Assembly: GCF_009914755.1 (NCBI RefSeq)
Contig: NC_060935.1
Reading direction: 5' to 3' (one strand)
Length of the DNA: 64,000 bases
Source: the human T2T-CHM13v2.0 reference genome, Homo sapiens
A model generated the notes under the pieces. It saw only the letters and a list, made by a program, of their open reading frames with translations, was not told the DNA's origin and did not search any database. A program made the translations under genes and the position numbers. Positions 15,770 through 35,180 of the stretch are shown here, in pieces; within the stretch, counting starts at the first letter, position 1; each line of letters begins with the position of its first letter.

Positions 15770-16915
15770 TGGCCAAGGGAATCCCAAAGAAACCTGAAAA
15801 ACTGGTTCAGGCCATGACAGGAAAAGAGAGGTCTGACATGTCTGCTTATAACTCCTCCCATTGGAGTTTAGGCACAGCTGACCAGTGTCAGCATTAAAAT
15901 AGAGATCATAAAAGACTGACAACCAGATTCTTTTTGCAATAAGATACCCAACTCCAACCTGACTCTCTGTTATAGCATCACATGGTAGATGGCAGGCCCT
16001 GAAGGAAATGAAAGTATTTTACCCCAAAGTAATATTTCTTTGACATATTTTGAAATGTCCCTGCAAAGCCACCTCTTATGGGGAAAATTTGCATATAGAG
16101 GATCTTCTTCCCTTTCAAGGTCTTTTCCTGATCCAGGAGAGTCTGACATCTTTTAAGGTCTGATAGGAGACATTTACTATCTATTATTCTCTCTGAAGTC
16201 TCCAACTTGGGACTTCATCTATATGATAAAAACATAACAAGAACTTGTTATTGGCTTCCAATACCCTTATTTTTATTTTTATTTTGAGATGAAGTCTCGC
16301 TCTGTCACCCAGGTTGGAGTGCAGTGGTGCAATTTTGGCTCACTGCAACCTCGGCCTCGTGGGTTCAAGTGATTCTCGTGCCTCAGTCTCCCAAGTAGCT
16401 AGGATTAGGGGCACACACCACCAAACCCAGCTGATTTTTGTATTTTTAGTAGAGACGAGGTTTCACCATGTTGGCCAGGCTAGTCTCGAACTCCTGACCT
16501 TAAGTGATCCCCACCTGCGACCCTGCCCCAGCCCCACAAAGTGCTGGGATTACAGGCGTGAGCTACTGCACTCTGCCCAACCCCCCTTATCTTAAGCATT
16601 TCTTTCTGTCTACTTCAACTCTTTAGGAAAACCTCAACTCTTTCAACCAATTGTCAATCAGAAAATCTTTAAATTCACCTATGACCTGTAAGCCCTCCCT
16701 GCCACCCCCCATAAAGATGTCCCACCCTTCTGGACTGAACCAATGTGTACCTTACATGCATAAATTTATGTCTTTGACTGTACCCTCTGTCTCCCTAAAT
16801 TGTATAAAGCCAAGCTGTAACCCAGCCACCCTGGACACATATTCCCAGGACCTCGTGAGGCTGTGTCATGGATGTGGTCACTCATATTTGAGTCAGAATA
16901 AACCTCTTCAAATAT
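15770..16915 (+). mobile_element. MER4-family (MER4D/E-like) LTR fragment ending in an A-rich tail, interrupted by an Alu
   Basis: ggccctgaaggaaat...tattttaccccaaa...gacatattttgaaatg.ccctgcaaagc; ends cagAATAAAcctcttcaaatatt followed by an A-rich tract. Confidence 0.75.
16267..16579 (-). mobile_element. AluS-type SINE
   Basis: Antisense dimer. Confidence 0.9.
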
Positions 16916-17117
16916 TAAAATAAAAATAAAAAAATAAAATGAAATGGGTAAAATTGGGACCCGGCTGGAGATGAGGCACAATTAAACTGCACAAGCAGGT
17001 GATCTAGACTCCATGGTACCACCTCCTACTGTTTCGCTGCCCCTCTCAACCCACATCTGTGGCCTCATGGAAAAGTTCTTCTTAACCAGTTAATTATTTG
17101 CTATATGTCTTTTCTCT

Positions 17118-17118
17118 A

Positions 17119-17149
<31 letters not shown>

Positions 17150-17432
17150 TTGAGATGGAGTCTCCCTTTGTTGCCCAGGCTGGAGTGCAGTGGCACAATC
17201 TCGGCTCACTACAACCTCCACCTCCTGGTTCAAGTGATTTTCGTACCTCAGCCTGCCGGGTAGCTGGCATTGCAGGTACATGCCACCATGCCCAGCTAAT
17301 TTTTGTATTTTTAATAGAGATGGGGTTTCACCATGTTGGCCAGGCTGGTCTCGAACTCCTGACCTCAGGTGATCCACTCACCTCGGCCTCCCAAAGTGCC
17401 GGGTTTACAAGCGTGAGCCACCACACCTGGCC
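17118..17432 (-). mobile_element. AluSx-type SINE with (TG)n tail
   Basis: Antisense dimer preceded by (TG)~14. Confidence 0.9.
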
Positions 17433-17799
17433 ATGTGTGTGTATTTTTTTAGTGAAAATGTGATTGTGCATTATGAAATATTTTGTGGCCTGAATAAAGT
17501 ATGATTTAGAAGATTTTTTTTATGTTACAAGCTTACCTTTAAATTAAAAAAAATTGAATCTACATTTCTCTATCAAAAGTGAAACAATATCTATTGACTC
17601 CCCTCATGTAAAATAATGTATTTAGCATTTGTCGTTCTTTTACTTTTTTCTTACTTTACTTTTTATCATGCCAAGTCAAGGAAAGAGGGCCTGAAATATA
17701 GCAGTGATAATGGGGTGAATGGGGTGAATTCTACTGCAGTGAGCATTCATTGCCCTTAGACCTTCTGCCTTCTGTGGTAGCTCAAGACCCCTTTCCATT

Positions 17800-18240
17800 T
17801 CTTTCTTTTTTTCTTTTCCTTCTCCACCAACTAGGAAGACTCTTCTATATGCATATAAAGCATGAAACAAGACATTTGTGTAAACGTACATAAGGAAGTA
17901 TAAACAAGGTTGCTCACTGCAGTATTGTTTAACAAAAACATAGGAAACAATCTAGAATGTTCATTAATATGGGAATGGATAAACAAAATGTGGTTTATAT
18001 TTCTATGATAGCATACTATACAGAAATTAAAAGGAATGAAATATAGTATCTAATAGATCTCTCAAGAATAATTTTTATTGATAAAAGCTATTTGCAAAAT
18101 GATATTTACACTTATTTCGATAAAACAAGAAAACAAAGCAAAACTATGTGGATATACATTTATGTAAAATCATTTAAAAATGAATTATAGTGATACACAC
18201 CAAATTAACCATTACATCTGGAAATGCATGAAGGGGAATT
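17800..18240 (+). mobile_element. Ancient L1M 3' fragment
   Basis: gctcactgcagtattgttt...ggaatggataaacaaaatgtgg...aaaaggaatgaa. Confidence 0.6.
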
Positions 18241-18262
18241 GGCCAGACAGATGGTTGACTTT

Positions 18263-18977
18263 TGAAACTGCCTTTGCAAAGATTATGACATTGAGAGAAA
18301 GCTAACATGGCTGACTCCATCTTGCTTCTAGCCTCACAGGCTGGCTGCCTTCGCTCATTACTGTGTGTAGGTAAAGCTAACCATGGGAGGAATTTCGTTT
18401 ATAGTTTTTAACTTTGAAGCAAGGATAATATTCCCTCCCTATAACTGATCCCCTGCTTGTTCAGGGGCTGAAACTGCCTTTGTAAGACTAATGAAAGGCC
18501 ACAAGATTAGGATTATGGGAGGGGCCTGAATTCTGCTCAAGTATAGATGTAATTTCTGTAATCCCTTACTGCTCAGGAGTCACAGGCCAGAGGACACACA
18601 TTTGTGACTTCTCTGATTACTCCTAGTATTGGTACTTGAAATTCAGATTTTTGCATTCTGGCATTGAGATTCATAACTCAACTGGTCCTGTCACCCCCTA
18701 ACCAGAGACAGACTCAGCACAAGAGGATTGTTTTCCACACCCCTATGATTGTATCTCCAACCAATCAGCAGCACCCATTCCCTAGTTCCCTGCCCACCAA
18801 ATTATCCTTGAAAATCCCTAACCTCCAAGCCTTCAGAGAGGCTAATTTGAGTAATAACTCTGTCTTCCGTGTGGCCAGCCTCCCATCAGTTAAAATCTTT
18901 CTTTACTGCAGTACCATGGTGTCAGTGAGCTGGTTTTGTCTGTGCAGTGGGCAAGAAGAACCCCTCAGGCAATTACA
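18263..18977 (+). mobile_element. LTR8A-like ERV1 solo LTR
   Basis: TG...CA ends (tgaaactgcctttgcaaagattatgac ... ggcaattaca); 4-bp TSD cttt. Confidence 0.85.
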
Positions 18978-18983
18978 CTTTGA

Positions 18984-19142
<159 letters not shown>

Positions 19143-19868
19143 TGACTTTATCTACAATAGATTTTTGTATTCATTCAAATAAAAGCTTGATAGAGACATA
19201 ACAAAATATAAACAATGATAAATTCTTAGGCATGAGCCTATTTGTTACATTATTCTTTATTCTGAATTTTACAGTTTCTTCAATTGAAAAAAAAGCGTCA
19301 CGTTGTATAGCATCTGGTGCAAAATAGATACTTAATTCACTTCTCTCACTGTTTTTTTTCACCCTTTTTTACAGGATTGGATCATCAACTTACATTAGAC
19401 AGCCAGTTTAATACCCCAATTATTTAAAGCTTCTCCTATCACTTTAAAGTGAATCCCTCCAATGAGGTACAAATTCAGGAAACAAGCATTCTTTATGATA
19501 GGCCCAGGAACTAGTTCTTATGAGTGTGATCAGTGGCCCCATCACAGCACCTTTTGTGTTATCTGGTTATAGCTTCTGCACTTGAAAGTCTTCTGTAGAT
19601 CACAGCTCACTAGACACTATTTCAAGCAAATTTATTTGAAACTAGTGTTATTTAGCTGATTTGTTCTTAGTGGACATGCTGTGTTTATATCTCTATTTTT
19701 GTGGTTCTCTTTCATATTGTTTCCAATAAGGATGACTGTTAAACTCATGGGCACATTAAGTAATATGTATGTATGTGATTTTCTTGAGTGCTTTTATTGT
19801 TTTCACCTTGATTTCTGACTGTTCAGATTTACAAGATTATTTTTGAATTGGATAAAATAAGCCAATAA

Positions 19869-20182
<314 letters not shown>

Positions 20183-20226
20183 CTAGTTTTATAAAGCTAT
20201 TGTTGCTTGTCATTATATACAAATTA

Positions 20227-20571
<345 letters not shown>

Positions 20572-20609
20572 TTATATTTAGAAAACATATGATTGTATTA
20601 TAATAATAA

Positions 20610-22563
<1,954 letters not shown>

Positions 22564-23312
22564 TTATGATTTTCACAGATAAGTTACTTAAGAGTAACTA
22601 TTTCTTACTGCTTTCTGAAAAAAGACTACATATAATTCCATTGAATCTATTATTTTTTCTAACAAATTATTATAGACTGTATGTTTTTCTAAGATATTTC
22701 ACCCTATCAGAATAAAGGTGTTTTATCTCATTGTAGAATAAACTCTTTAAAAGAGAACTAACATTTATTCCTTGCTTACTCAATTCACTTTTGCAATATT
22801 TCATCATCATAATAGGTATTATGCCTAATCTACAGAGGAGAAAATTAAGGCGCAAGGTGGTTAAGTAACTTGGATAAACATTTCGCCAAAGAAAATATAC
22901 CATTAATAAACAGAAAATAATAAACATATAAATAGTTTAGTAACCCAGAGAAATGTAAATTAAAAAGTAATAATATATAGTTTTCTACCTCTTAAAGTAA
23001 GACATTATATTGTTCAATGTTACTGAAGTTAATATGTGAACCAGTCACCGTTATGTACTGCTAATAGGATTATAATTGGTCCAACCATTCTGGAAAGTAG
23101 TTTGGTTGTACTGTGTAATGCACCCACAAATATAATGATTAAGTGATTATTATATGATAGAACATTATGCTGCCATCGAAATTGTATTTTCAAAGATTAT
23201 TAAGTTACATGGATGAATACTTACGTGATTATAGGAAAATCAGAAACAATGACCATTTTTCTGATTAAAATTGTTTATAGTTATTAAGATTACTCTCTAC
23301 AGTCTCTGCTAC

Positions 23313-23904
23313 TGTTACCCAATCCAGACCCCAAGAGAGGGTTCTTGGATCTTGCGCAAGAAAGAATTCCAGGCAAGTCCATGTAAATCGAAAGCAAGTT
23401 TATTAAGAAAGTAAAGGAATAAAAGAATGGCTTCTCCAAGGGCAGAGCAACCCTGAGGGCTGCTGGTTGGCTATTTTTATGGTTATTTATTAATTATATG
23501 CTAAACAAGGAGTGAGTTATTTATGAGTTTTCCAGGAAAGGGGCGGGCAATTCCTGGAACTGAGGGTTCCTCCCTCTTCTGGACTATATAAGGTAACTTC
23601 CAGACGTTGCCATGACATTTGCAAACTGTCGTGGCACTGGTGGGAGTGTCTTTTCGCATGCTAATGCATTATAATTAGCATATGATTAGCAGTGCCAGGG
23701 CCAGAGGTCACTTTTTTTGCCATCTTGGTTTTGATGGATTTTGGCTGGCTTCTTTATCAGCCAAAATCCCATCCTGCTGACCTCCTGTCTTGTTCCGTGA
23801 TTATGAATGCCTAATCTCCTGAGAATGCAGCTCAGCAGATTTCAGCCTCATTTTATCCAGCCACTATTCAAGATGGAGTTGCCCTGGTTCAAATGCCTCT
23901 GACA
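23313..23904 (-). mobile_element. MER41 (MER41B-like) solo LTR
   Basis: Minus strand starts tgtcagaggcatttgaaccagggcaactccatcttgaatag; 4-bp TSD ctac. Confidence 0.88.
23530..23559. promoter_or_regulatory. Tandem GAS (STAT) motifs in MER41
   Basis: TTCCAGGAA (23530-23538) and TTCCTGGAA (23551-23559); motif match only. Confidence 0.6.
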
Positions 23905-24303
23905 CTACCATGGTGTTTAATGTCTGCTACTATCTGCCTCATCTGCCTTTTTCTTCTTCCTCTATAGAACAGCTTTCTCTCATTCCTTATATACTTGGCC
24001 TAAATATGGAAGCCTCAGCTTTAGCTTTACACTACCTTCACTATAAGTATCCAAAAAAGTATCATTTTTATTTGAGTCCTAATTCTGATTTTCCAGACAA
24101 AGAATCTGGGATTAGTGTGAGATTTGGCAAGGGGAATGAGGGAGTGGGGAAGGTCTTATAATTTGCTGCCTACCCCAATAGAGGCTAAAAGGAAAATTCT
24201 TAGAGGGAAGCTGGGGAGTTTCTCCAAGAGGAGATTCTACCCTAGGGAATTCATCCTGTGAACTTAACAAAATGTATGAACAAATAAATATTTTTAAGAA
24301 TGT

Positions 24304-24711
24304 TCTAGTGGTTGTATAATGTCTCCCCAAAGTTCATGTCTGTCAGGAACCTCAGAATGTGACCTTAATTGAAAATAAGCTCTTTGCAGATACATTAATA
24401 ATTAAGGATCTTGAGATTAAATCTACTGGAATTAGAGTATTCCTTAAGTTCAGTGATTGGTATCCTTAGAAGAAAACATAGTGACATAGAGAGTAGAAGG
24501 CAAAGTGAGGAATACCAAAGATTGCTAGCAACCACCTGAAGCTGAGAGAGAAGCATGACACAATTTTTCCTTCAGGGGCTCTAGAAGGAACCACCCCTGC
24601 TGACACCTTGATTTTGAACTGTGGACATCCTGAATTGTAAGAAATTGAATTGGTTTTTTAAGCTACCCAGTTTGTGGTAATTTGTTACGGCAGCCCTAGG
24701 AAATTAATACA
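24304..24711 (+). mobile_element. MLT1B/C MaLR LTR
   Basis: ggaacctcagaatgtgacctt...ccctgctgacaccttgatttt...ggcagccctaggaaattaataca. Confidence 0.8.
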
Positions 24712-25098
24712 GATGTTCATAATATTGCTTTTTTCTGTTGTGAAAACCTGAAAATAACATAACTATCTGCCAATAAGGGATTATACAAATTATAATATAT
24801 CCATATAATGTAATATTATGTGATAATTTAAAAAAATTGTGATCTCTATTTATAGATTAAAGAAGACAATGACATATTGTTTTTAAAAAGGTTATAGAAC
24901 CCAGATCACTAATCTTTGGGGAATCCTGAGTCTTGGTCTGAGTAATGTGGAGGCAGCGCAGTCGTCAGAAAAAAAATTTTTTCTCTTGTGTTTGTTTATA
25001 TAATAAATAGCTGTTTGAAAAACTTTTTTTGCATGTATTAAGGCAATTGAGGAAATTTTTATGCCATTTAATGACAATAAATCATAAAACTATTGTAT

Positions 25099-27911
<2,813 letters not shown>

Positions 27912-28274
27912 GTATTAGTCCATTTTCACACTTCTATAAAGAAATACCTGAGACTGGGTAATTTATGAAGAAAAGAGGTTTCATTGACTCACAGTTCCAC
28001 ATGGCTGGGGAGACCTCAGGAACCTTACAGTCATGGAAGAAGGCGAAGGGGAAGCAAACTTGGACCTTTTCACATGGCAGCAGGAGAGTGTGTGCAAGCA
28101 CAGGGAAAACTACCATTTGTAAAACCATCAGATCTTGTAAGAATTCACTCAGTCTCAAGAACAGCATGGGGGAACCACCCACATAATCCAATCACCTCCC
28201 ACCAGATCCCTCAACACCTGGGGATTACAATTCAAGATGAGATTTGGGTGGGGACCCAAAACCTAACCATATCA
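27912..28274 (-). mobile_element. THE1D-like MaLR LTR (terminal bases displaced to ~25094)
   Basis: gtattagtccattttcac...gagatttgggtggggac...aaccatatca. Confidence 0.85.
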
Positions 28275-29713
28275 AATATAGAAGGTATCTTTTGTGAGAT
28301 TTTAACAGTAATAAATCATCTGCATTTTTAATAATTAAGGTTAATTTAGTCTAAATTTAAAATGCATTTTAAAGGTCTTATGCATTCATGATTTTTGACT
28401 GATGCATTTTAATTCTAAGTAAATGAAGAGTGAATGAAAAATTATACTGAAATTAGTTTGGGGTGAAGGATGAATCTGTTAAATTAATTTTGGGGAAAAG
28501 AATAACTTTATTACATCATAACTGAACCACATCTGAAATAATATCTATTAGGTTTTAAATACCTGTACTCTTGAAAATTTGGAACTAGTTTAATTTGCAT
28601 GAGGGCAGTCTGTCTGGTTTTCTTTTGTATTCCTTTATAGAGCCTTTTGTAGTAGATGATCAGTGGGTATTTGCTATTGAATGAATATAAGGCCACTGCC
28701 CTCAAGAAATGTAACTGAGGAGATAAGTCATAAATATCAGTTGATCAGATTTAGTGAAAAGAGATCTGTCTATGCAAGGCAATCTATGCTAAGTGCCAGG
28801 TGAGAGGTTAAAACGGTAAGTGCTGTAACAAGAGTGGTCATTTTGAGTAGGATGATTAACAAAAATTCACCAAATGTAGGTAGGATTTGATTTGGGCCCT
28901 TAAAGAAGTTTCGGTAAAAGTGGAGAGGAAGAAGGGATTATCAAAATAACCATTTTCAGATTATGTCATTTCAATAATGCCTCTTCATTACTGAACATAG
29001 TTTGGAAACTTTCCCTTTTTGACCTTTGAATAAATCAAAAATGTTCATTTCACCAACTATTTCTCTAGGGATTTCAAGACCCTGTTACTTACCTTGTTCT
29101 TCTCTGGCTCATGACTTCATCATGGTTATCTGTTTTAAATCTTTCTCAGTGTGCTCATCTTTGATCCTTCTCTAAAGCAGCATTTTAGACCTGTAAATGC
29201 TGTTTGTACAGAGTCATTCCCCTCCCCTGTAACCTCCCTCTTGTGAGGCCAGAGTTTACCTAAGCCGTATCTGATATGGAGCTCCCAAGTTCTTCTCTTA
29301 GCTCTTTACCACTGTGTACTTGGCCTTTCTTCCCAAACCTACAATGTACTTCCTCTTGAATTTAACATGAACATTTCCATTTTTACTGGGTCCCAATGAT
29401 CATTACAAGCTCTGCTTAGTGAATGTGGGTTCCAGCAAACTGAAGACAAAAGGCCCCGACTTCTGGATGAAATGTTTCACCATAAACCTACCTAGACTGG
29501 AGGTCTTCCAGAAGCCATCTGCACAATTTCCCCCTTACCCAGGAAATGTTTCTGGGCAATATTGGTGGTTTAAAAATATTTTTAGTAATACTTACATGCA
29601 ATAAAGTGAATGTGTAATGTATATTTTTAAAAATAATGTGAAAAAACTAATTTTCATAAATTAAATATTTTTCTAAACTATTATATATATCCCAAAGAAA
29701 ATAGAATGACTTA

Positions 29714-30175
29714 GGGCAGCCACGGTGGCTCATGCCTGTAATCCCAGCACTTTGGGGGGCTGAGGTGGGAGGATCATTTCAGCTTAGGGGTTCGAGACCA
29801 GCCTGAGCAACATAAGAAGACCTCGTCAGTACAAAAAAACCAAAATATATATAATTGGCCAGGCGCAGTGGCTCATGCCTGTAATCTAAGCACTTTGGGA
29901 GGCCAAGGTGGGAGGATTGCTTGAGTCAAGTAGTTCAAGACCAGCATGAACAACATAGGGATACCTTGTCTCTACAGAAAAATTTTTTTTTAATTAGCCA
30001 GGAGTGGTGGCATATGCCTTTAGTCCCAGCTACACAGGAGGCTGAGGTGGGAGGATCACTTGAGCCCAAAAGGTCGAGGCTGCAGTAAGCCATGATTGTG
30101 CCACTGAACTCACTCTGTGCAACAGAGAGAGACCCTGTCTCAAAAAAAAAAAAAAAGAAAGAAAAGAAAAGAAAA
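29714..30175 (+). mobile_element. Alu left monomer plus AluJ dimer within one TSD
   Basis: TSD aaagaaaatagaatgact at ~29694-29711 and ~30168-30185. Confidence 0.85.
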
Positions 30176-32184
30176 TAGAATGACTCTTGTAGTAATAAAA
30201 ATCCCACATTCCTGCATATCTTTGTATCTGTCAGAAGCATAGCTTAAGTGTTATCTTCTTACTGAAACCCATCTTGGATTCTCTCCCTCCCGCTAAGTGT
30301 ATTGGTTTTTTTGCCTTCTTTGTTCCTATCACTCTCTTTTGCTAGTTGTTTACCTGTCTGTCTTTCCTGCTACACTTATATATACTTTTTCAGGATAGGT
30401 ACCAAAGTTATTCACTTGTTAATTTTTCTTCTAGCTCCCAACTTAGTGCCTTGCATGTAGAAAATACTTGATAAATGTTTGTCAAATTGAATTACATTTG
30501 TGTTTATCATTTTTTAAAGTAAGACACACTTGGTTTCCTGTTTTTTTTTTCTTCTGATATCTATCTTAATTTAAAGCTACTGGAAGGAGTCCCTTGTACT
30601 GTAATATGCATTTATATGATGGTTATTATTATTATTTTTTTCTTTAAGCTTAGCGTGAACCAGTGTACCCTATAACTTTCTTTGTTACTGGCCTGGATTA
30701 GAAGACAAACCTTCTCCCTTGTGATAACTGTTCTTGAGCTGGTGCAAGTACCAACACAATTCCCAGGTTGCACCTATTTTTGTTCGTTTTTTACTTTTTA
30801 TTTATATCATAAGTAGTTATGTGGGGTTTTTTTTCAACTTTTATTTTAAATTCAAGAGTACATGTGCAAGTTCACTATATAGATATTAATTCTTAACACA
30901 GCAAGATTGTGGAAGTTCTTATATAATATTCTATGGATCTTTCTCATATCAAATAATCTTTATATGTGTTATTTGGTCATATTTATTATTTATATCATAT
31001 TCAATTATTTAAATAATGTAAATATAATTGTTTTTACCCATTTTGCAAGTTAGGAAACTAAGGCTTAAGCATAAATAAGTTGCCTAAGTTCACACAGCTA
31101 GAACGTGGTAGTAGATAAGAACACAGTAATGCCTACTCTAAATTGTGAAGATGAATTTAGATGATCTCCCTATCTACATCCATCTCTGAAGTCTCTGAAG
31201 CTCTGGGAATGTTTAACATTATTTGAACATCTGCATAATCAGTAAAATATTTGGCAAAATATTTGGGGAAAAGTGCTGGGTTGCTTTCAGGCTCAAACCA
31301 GTTACAGCTTTCATCAAGCTAATTTGCTGACTGGGCAGGACGGCTTTTCACAGTGGAAGTGAAGCAATATAGATCACTTTTTCAGCTTCACTAGATTTTA
31401 ATGCTTCTATTTATTTATCTTTAGCTCTGGGTGATGGTTTTACAGTTGTAAATACAACCGAGCTCTAAATTGTTTATCCAGTCACCTCAGGGTTTTATGT
31501 ATTCAGCCAAATGTCGGAAAACCGTTTAGATTGTGGAGCACACTGGCTCCACCTACTGTCCTATGAGAAAACACTTTCCTACTGTATCTTCATTCACAAT
31601 TCTCTTAAATTGTACCCTTTTGCACATGTGCTTTTCCCCAAACTTTCTTTCTCATATTTTTGATATTTGAGTTTCCGTTTACCTTGCTGAAAGATAAATT
31701 TACCTATTAAGAAATCGTGAAATTACTGTAACATCAGTCTTGCCTGTAATTTATATTATAAGGAGAATGTGTTTGGGGGTATAAAAATATCATAGTTTTC
31801 AAAAATCTAAATCTATATCAAAATAAGACTTTCCTTCCAGAAAAAAAGTGTTCAAAATATTTTAGTACACTATTGTGTGGTGTATGAATGAATATCTCGC
31901 TTTTATTTCCAGAACAGAAATTTTTTAATTGAATTTTCTGGAAGCAGTTAACCTCAAATCCAATTAAACTCTTAGTAGAAGTAATTTTATTTTCTACCAT
32001 TCATCTTTTTAATACTTTAGTTTTCAGTTATAAAGACAATATAGCAACATTGTAGAAAATATGGAAAAAGGGGGAAATCCATTATTTAACCTGCTTAAAT
32101 GTTTATTCTTAATTTCTTGGTTAGGGAACCCTCACCAACTATAGTTTTACCAAGTCATGATTGATGAAAACATAGTTTTATAAT

Positions 32185-33213
<1,029 letters not shown>

Positions 33214-33399
33214 GAAACCATTTTTTTACCCAAAGTTTTAAGTCCACGATCATTTTATGTGCATTATTTTGCTTAGTAAAATTAAATTAGCTAACATGTA
33301 TAGCTATATAAGCTAAATTGCTTATTTACAAAGCAATTACATATCTATTATTCTTTAAATCAGCTTTTTAAAAGTAACCTTTTATTCTTTTTTCCTGAC

Positions 33400-34070
33400 T
33401 TTACAGTCTTACCTGATTTATCAATTTTTTGCCTTTGTGGTTAATCCTTTTCATGTCCTACTTAAAAAAATCATTGCCTCTCCAAGGTGATAAAGATGTT
33501 CTCCCATATTTTCTTCTGAAGGTTTTATTGTTTTACCTTTTACATTTAGATCTATAGTACCTCTGGAATTTATTTTTAATTAAAACAAATTTTTAATTGT
33601 TTATCGAATTGGGCAGCCCTTGAACCAGAATGGGTTCAGAGAAGCTCCCATCTGGAATTTATTTTTGTGTAAGGAGTGTGAACCTGGGATCCAGATTAAT
33701 TTTTTTCCTATATAAATATGCAGTTGATCCAGTATCTGTATTGAAAAGACCATCCTTTCCTTAATACACTGCAGGCTTATGTTTGTCATAAATCAGGTGC
33801 TCGTAAATGTTAGTATGTTCTTATAATCTTACCTGTTCTATTTAACCTTGTTAGTCGGCCTTGATATCTAGTAGTGTAAATACTCCAGGTTTGTTGTTAC
33901 TCAAGATTGTCTTGGCTCTTCTTAGCCTTTTGTATTTCATATAAAGTTAAGAGTCAGCTTTTTAATTTGTACCCAAAACCATTTGGGATTTTTATTAGTA
34001 TTATGTCTTATATGTCTTTGTCAGATTTATTCCTAGATATGTGATGTGTTTTGATGCTATTGCAAATTAT
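33400..34070 (-). mobile_element. Ancient L1M ORF2 fragment
   Basis: ttttacatttagatcta...ctggaatttatttttgtgtaagg.gtg...ttattcctagatat. Confidence 0.65.
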
Positions 34071-34919
34071 ATCTGTAACACCAAAACTGCAGTTACGTGT
34101 TCAGATTGTCAATCTGACCCAGGAATCCTTCAGATATTTGAAGATAGCAGTCATTCCATTCCTTATATGTTGTGTTTTATTTATTTAGTATATTATGCCT
34201 TTATATGAGTCTCTACTCTGAATGCTTTAGTATTTCTGTTTTGTTTAGGGTGCCACAAATAGATAAACATCCCAATGAGAAGCTGAATTAAAGCAGAGAA
34301 AAGTAGGAGGACCACTATCTAGCTCTTTCCATTTTTACCTCTGAATACTAGTATATTGAGATTTTCCTCCCAGAATAGCCTACTGTCATCTTTCTGTCTT
34401 TGGAACTTTCTGTCAGGGTTGTCCTTACTCTCTCTAACAAGCCTATATTTGTGGTTTGCAATTCTTCATTCTAATTTGTAAAACTTGTGCATTGTCCTTA
34501 AATGAGTTTCATATAGTTTGTAAGACCCTCCTGCACTCTCTGCCTCCAGGTAATTTGAAATGTATTACTGACTTCCATACTATTGACATTTCAGCTAAAT
34601 TTAATACTACCTGTACGTTTGGGCATGTTTCCATTGCTTTATCTTAGTCATCAGTAAAGATTTTCATTAGTTTGAATCTTAGGGCACTCCTGAATGGTAA
34701 AATATTCAACATCTCCTACAGGTTTACTTAAAACTATTGATAACTGCTGTTTGGATATATAACTCTCAATCTGTCTGGCTCCCCACCTTACATTTTCATA
34801 CTCTACCTAGGCAAATTACTTTATTCTTTGTACAGTTTGGAAGTCATTTAATATATTCTGAATAAAATACTCTGATATAATTTTTAAAACATTATAATTA
34901 ATAAGCACCCTCTGTGTGA

Positions 34920-35180
34920 ACATTGTGCTAGCACATCTAGTGAGAGGAACATTAGCTATAAGGACAGATAGACCTGGAATAAAATCTTGCCACCACCATT
35001 TGCTTATTGTGAGAACTTGGAATTGTATACTGTAAATTGTATAATTTCTTAACCCGCTTTTACTGTTTATTTTTAATAGGGACAACAATACTTCACAAGA
35101 TTGGTTGTGAGAAGCAAGTAAGATAGCACATGTAAAATATAAAGTTCAGTACCTGGTACTTAATAGGCTCAGCATATTTT
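34920..35180 (+). mobile_element. MIR
   Basis: cagatagacctgg...cttaac...aatagggacaacaatacttcacaagattggttgtgag...gtacctggtacttaataggctca. Confidence 0.65.
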
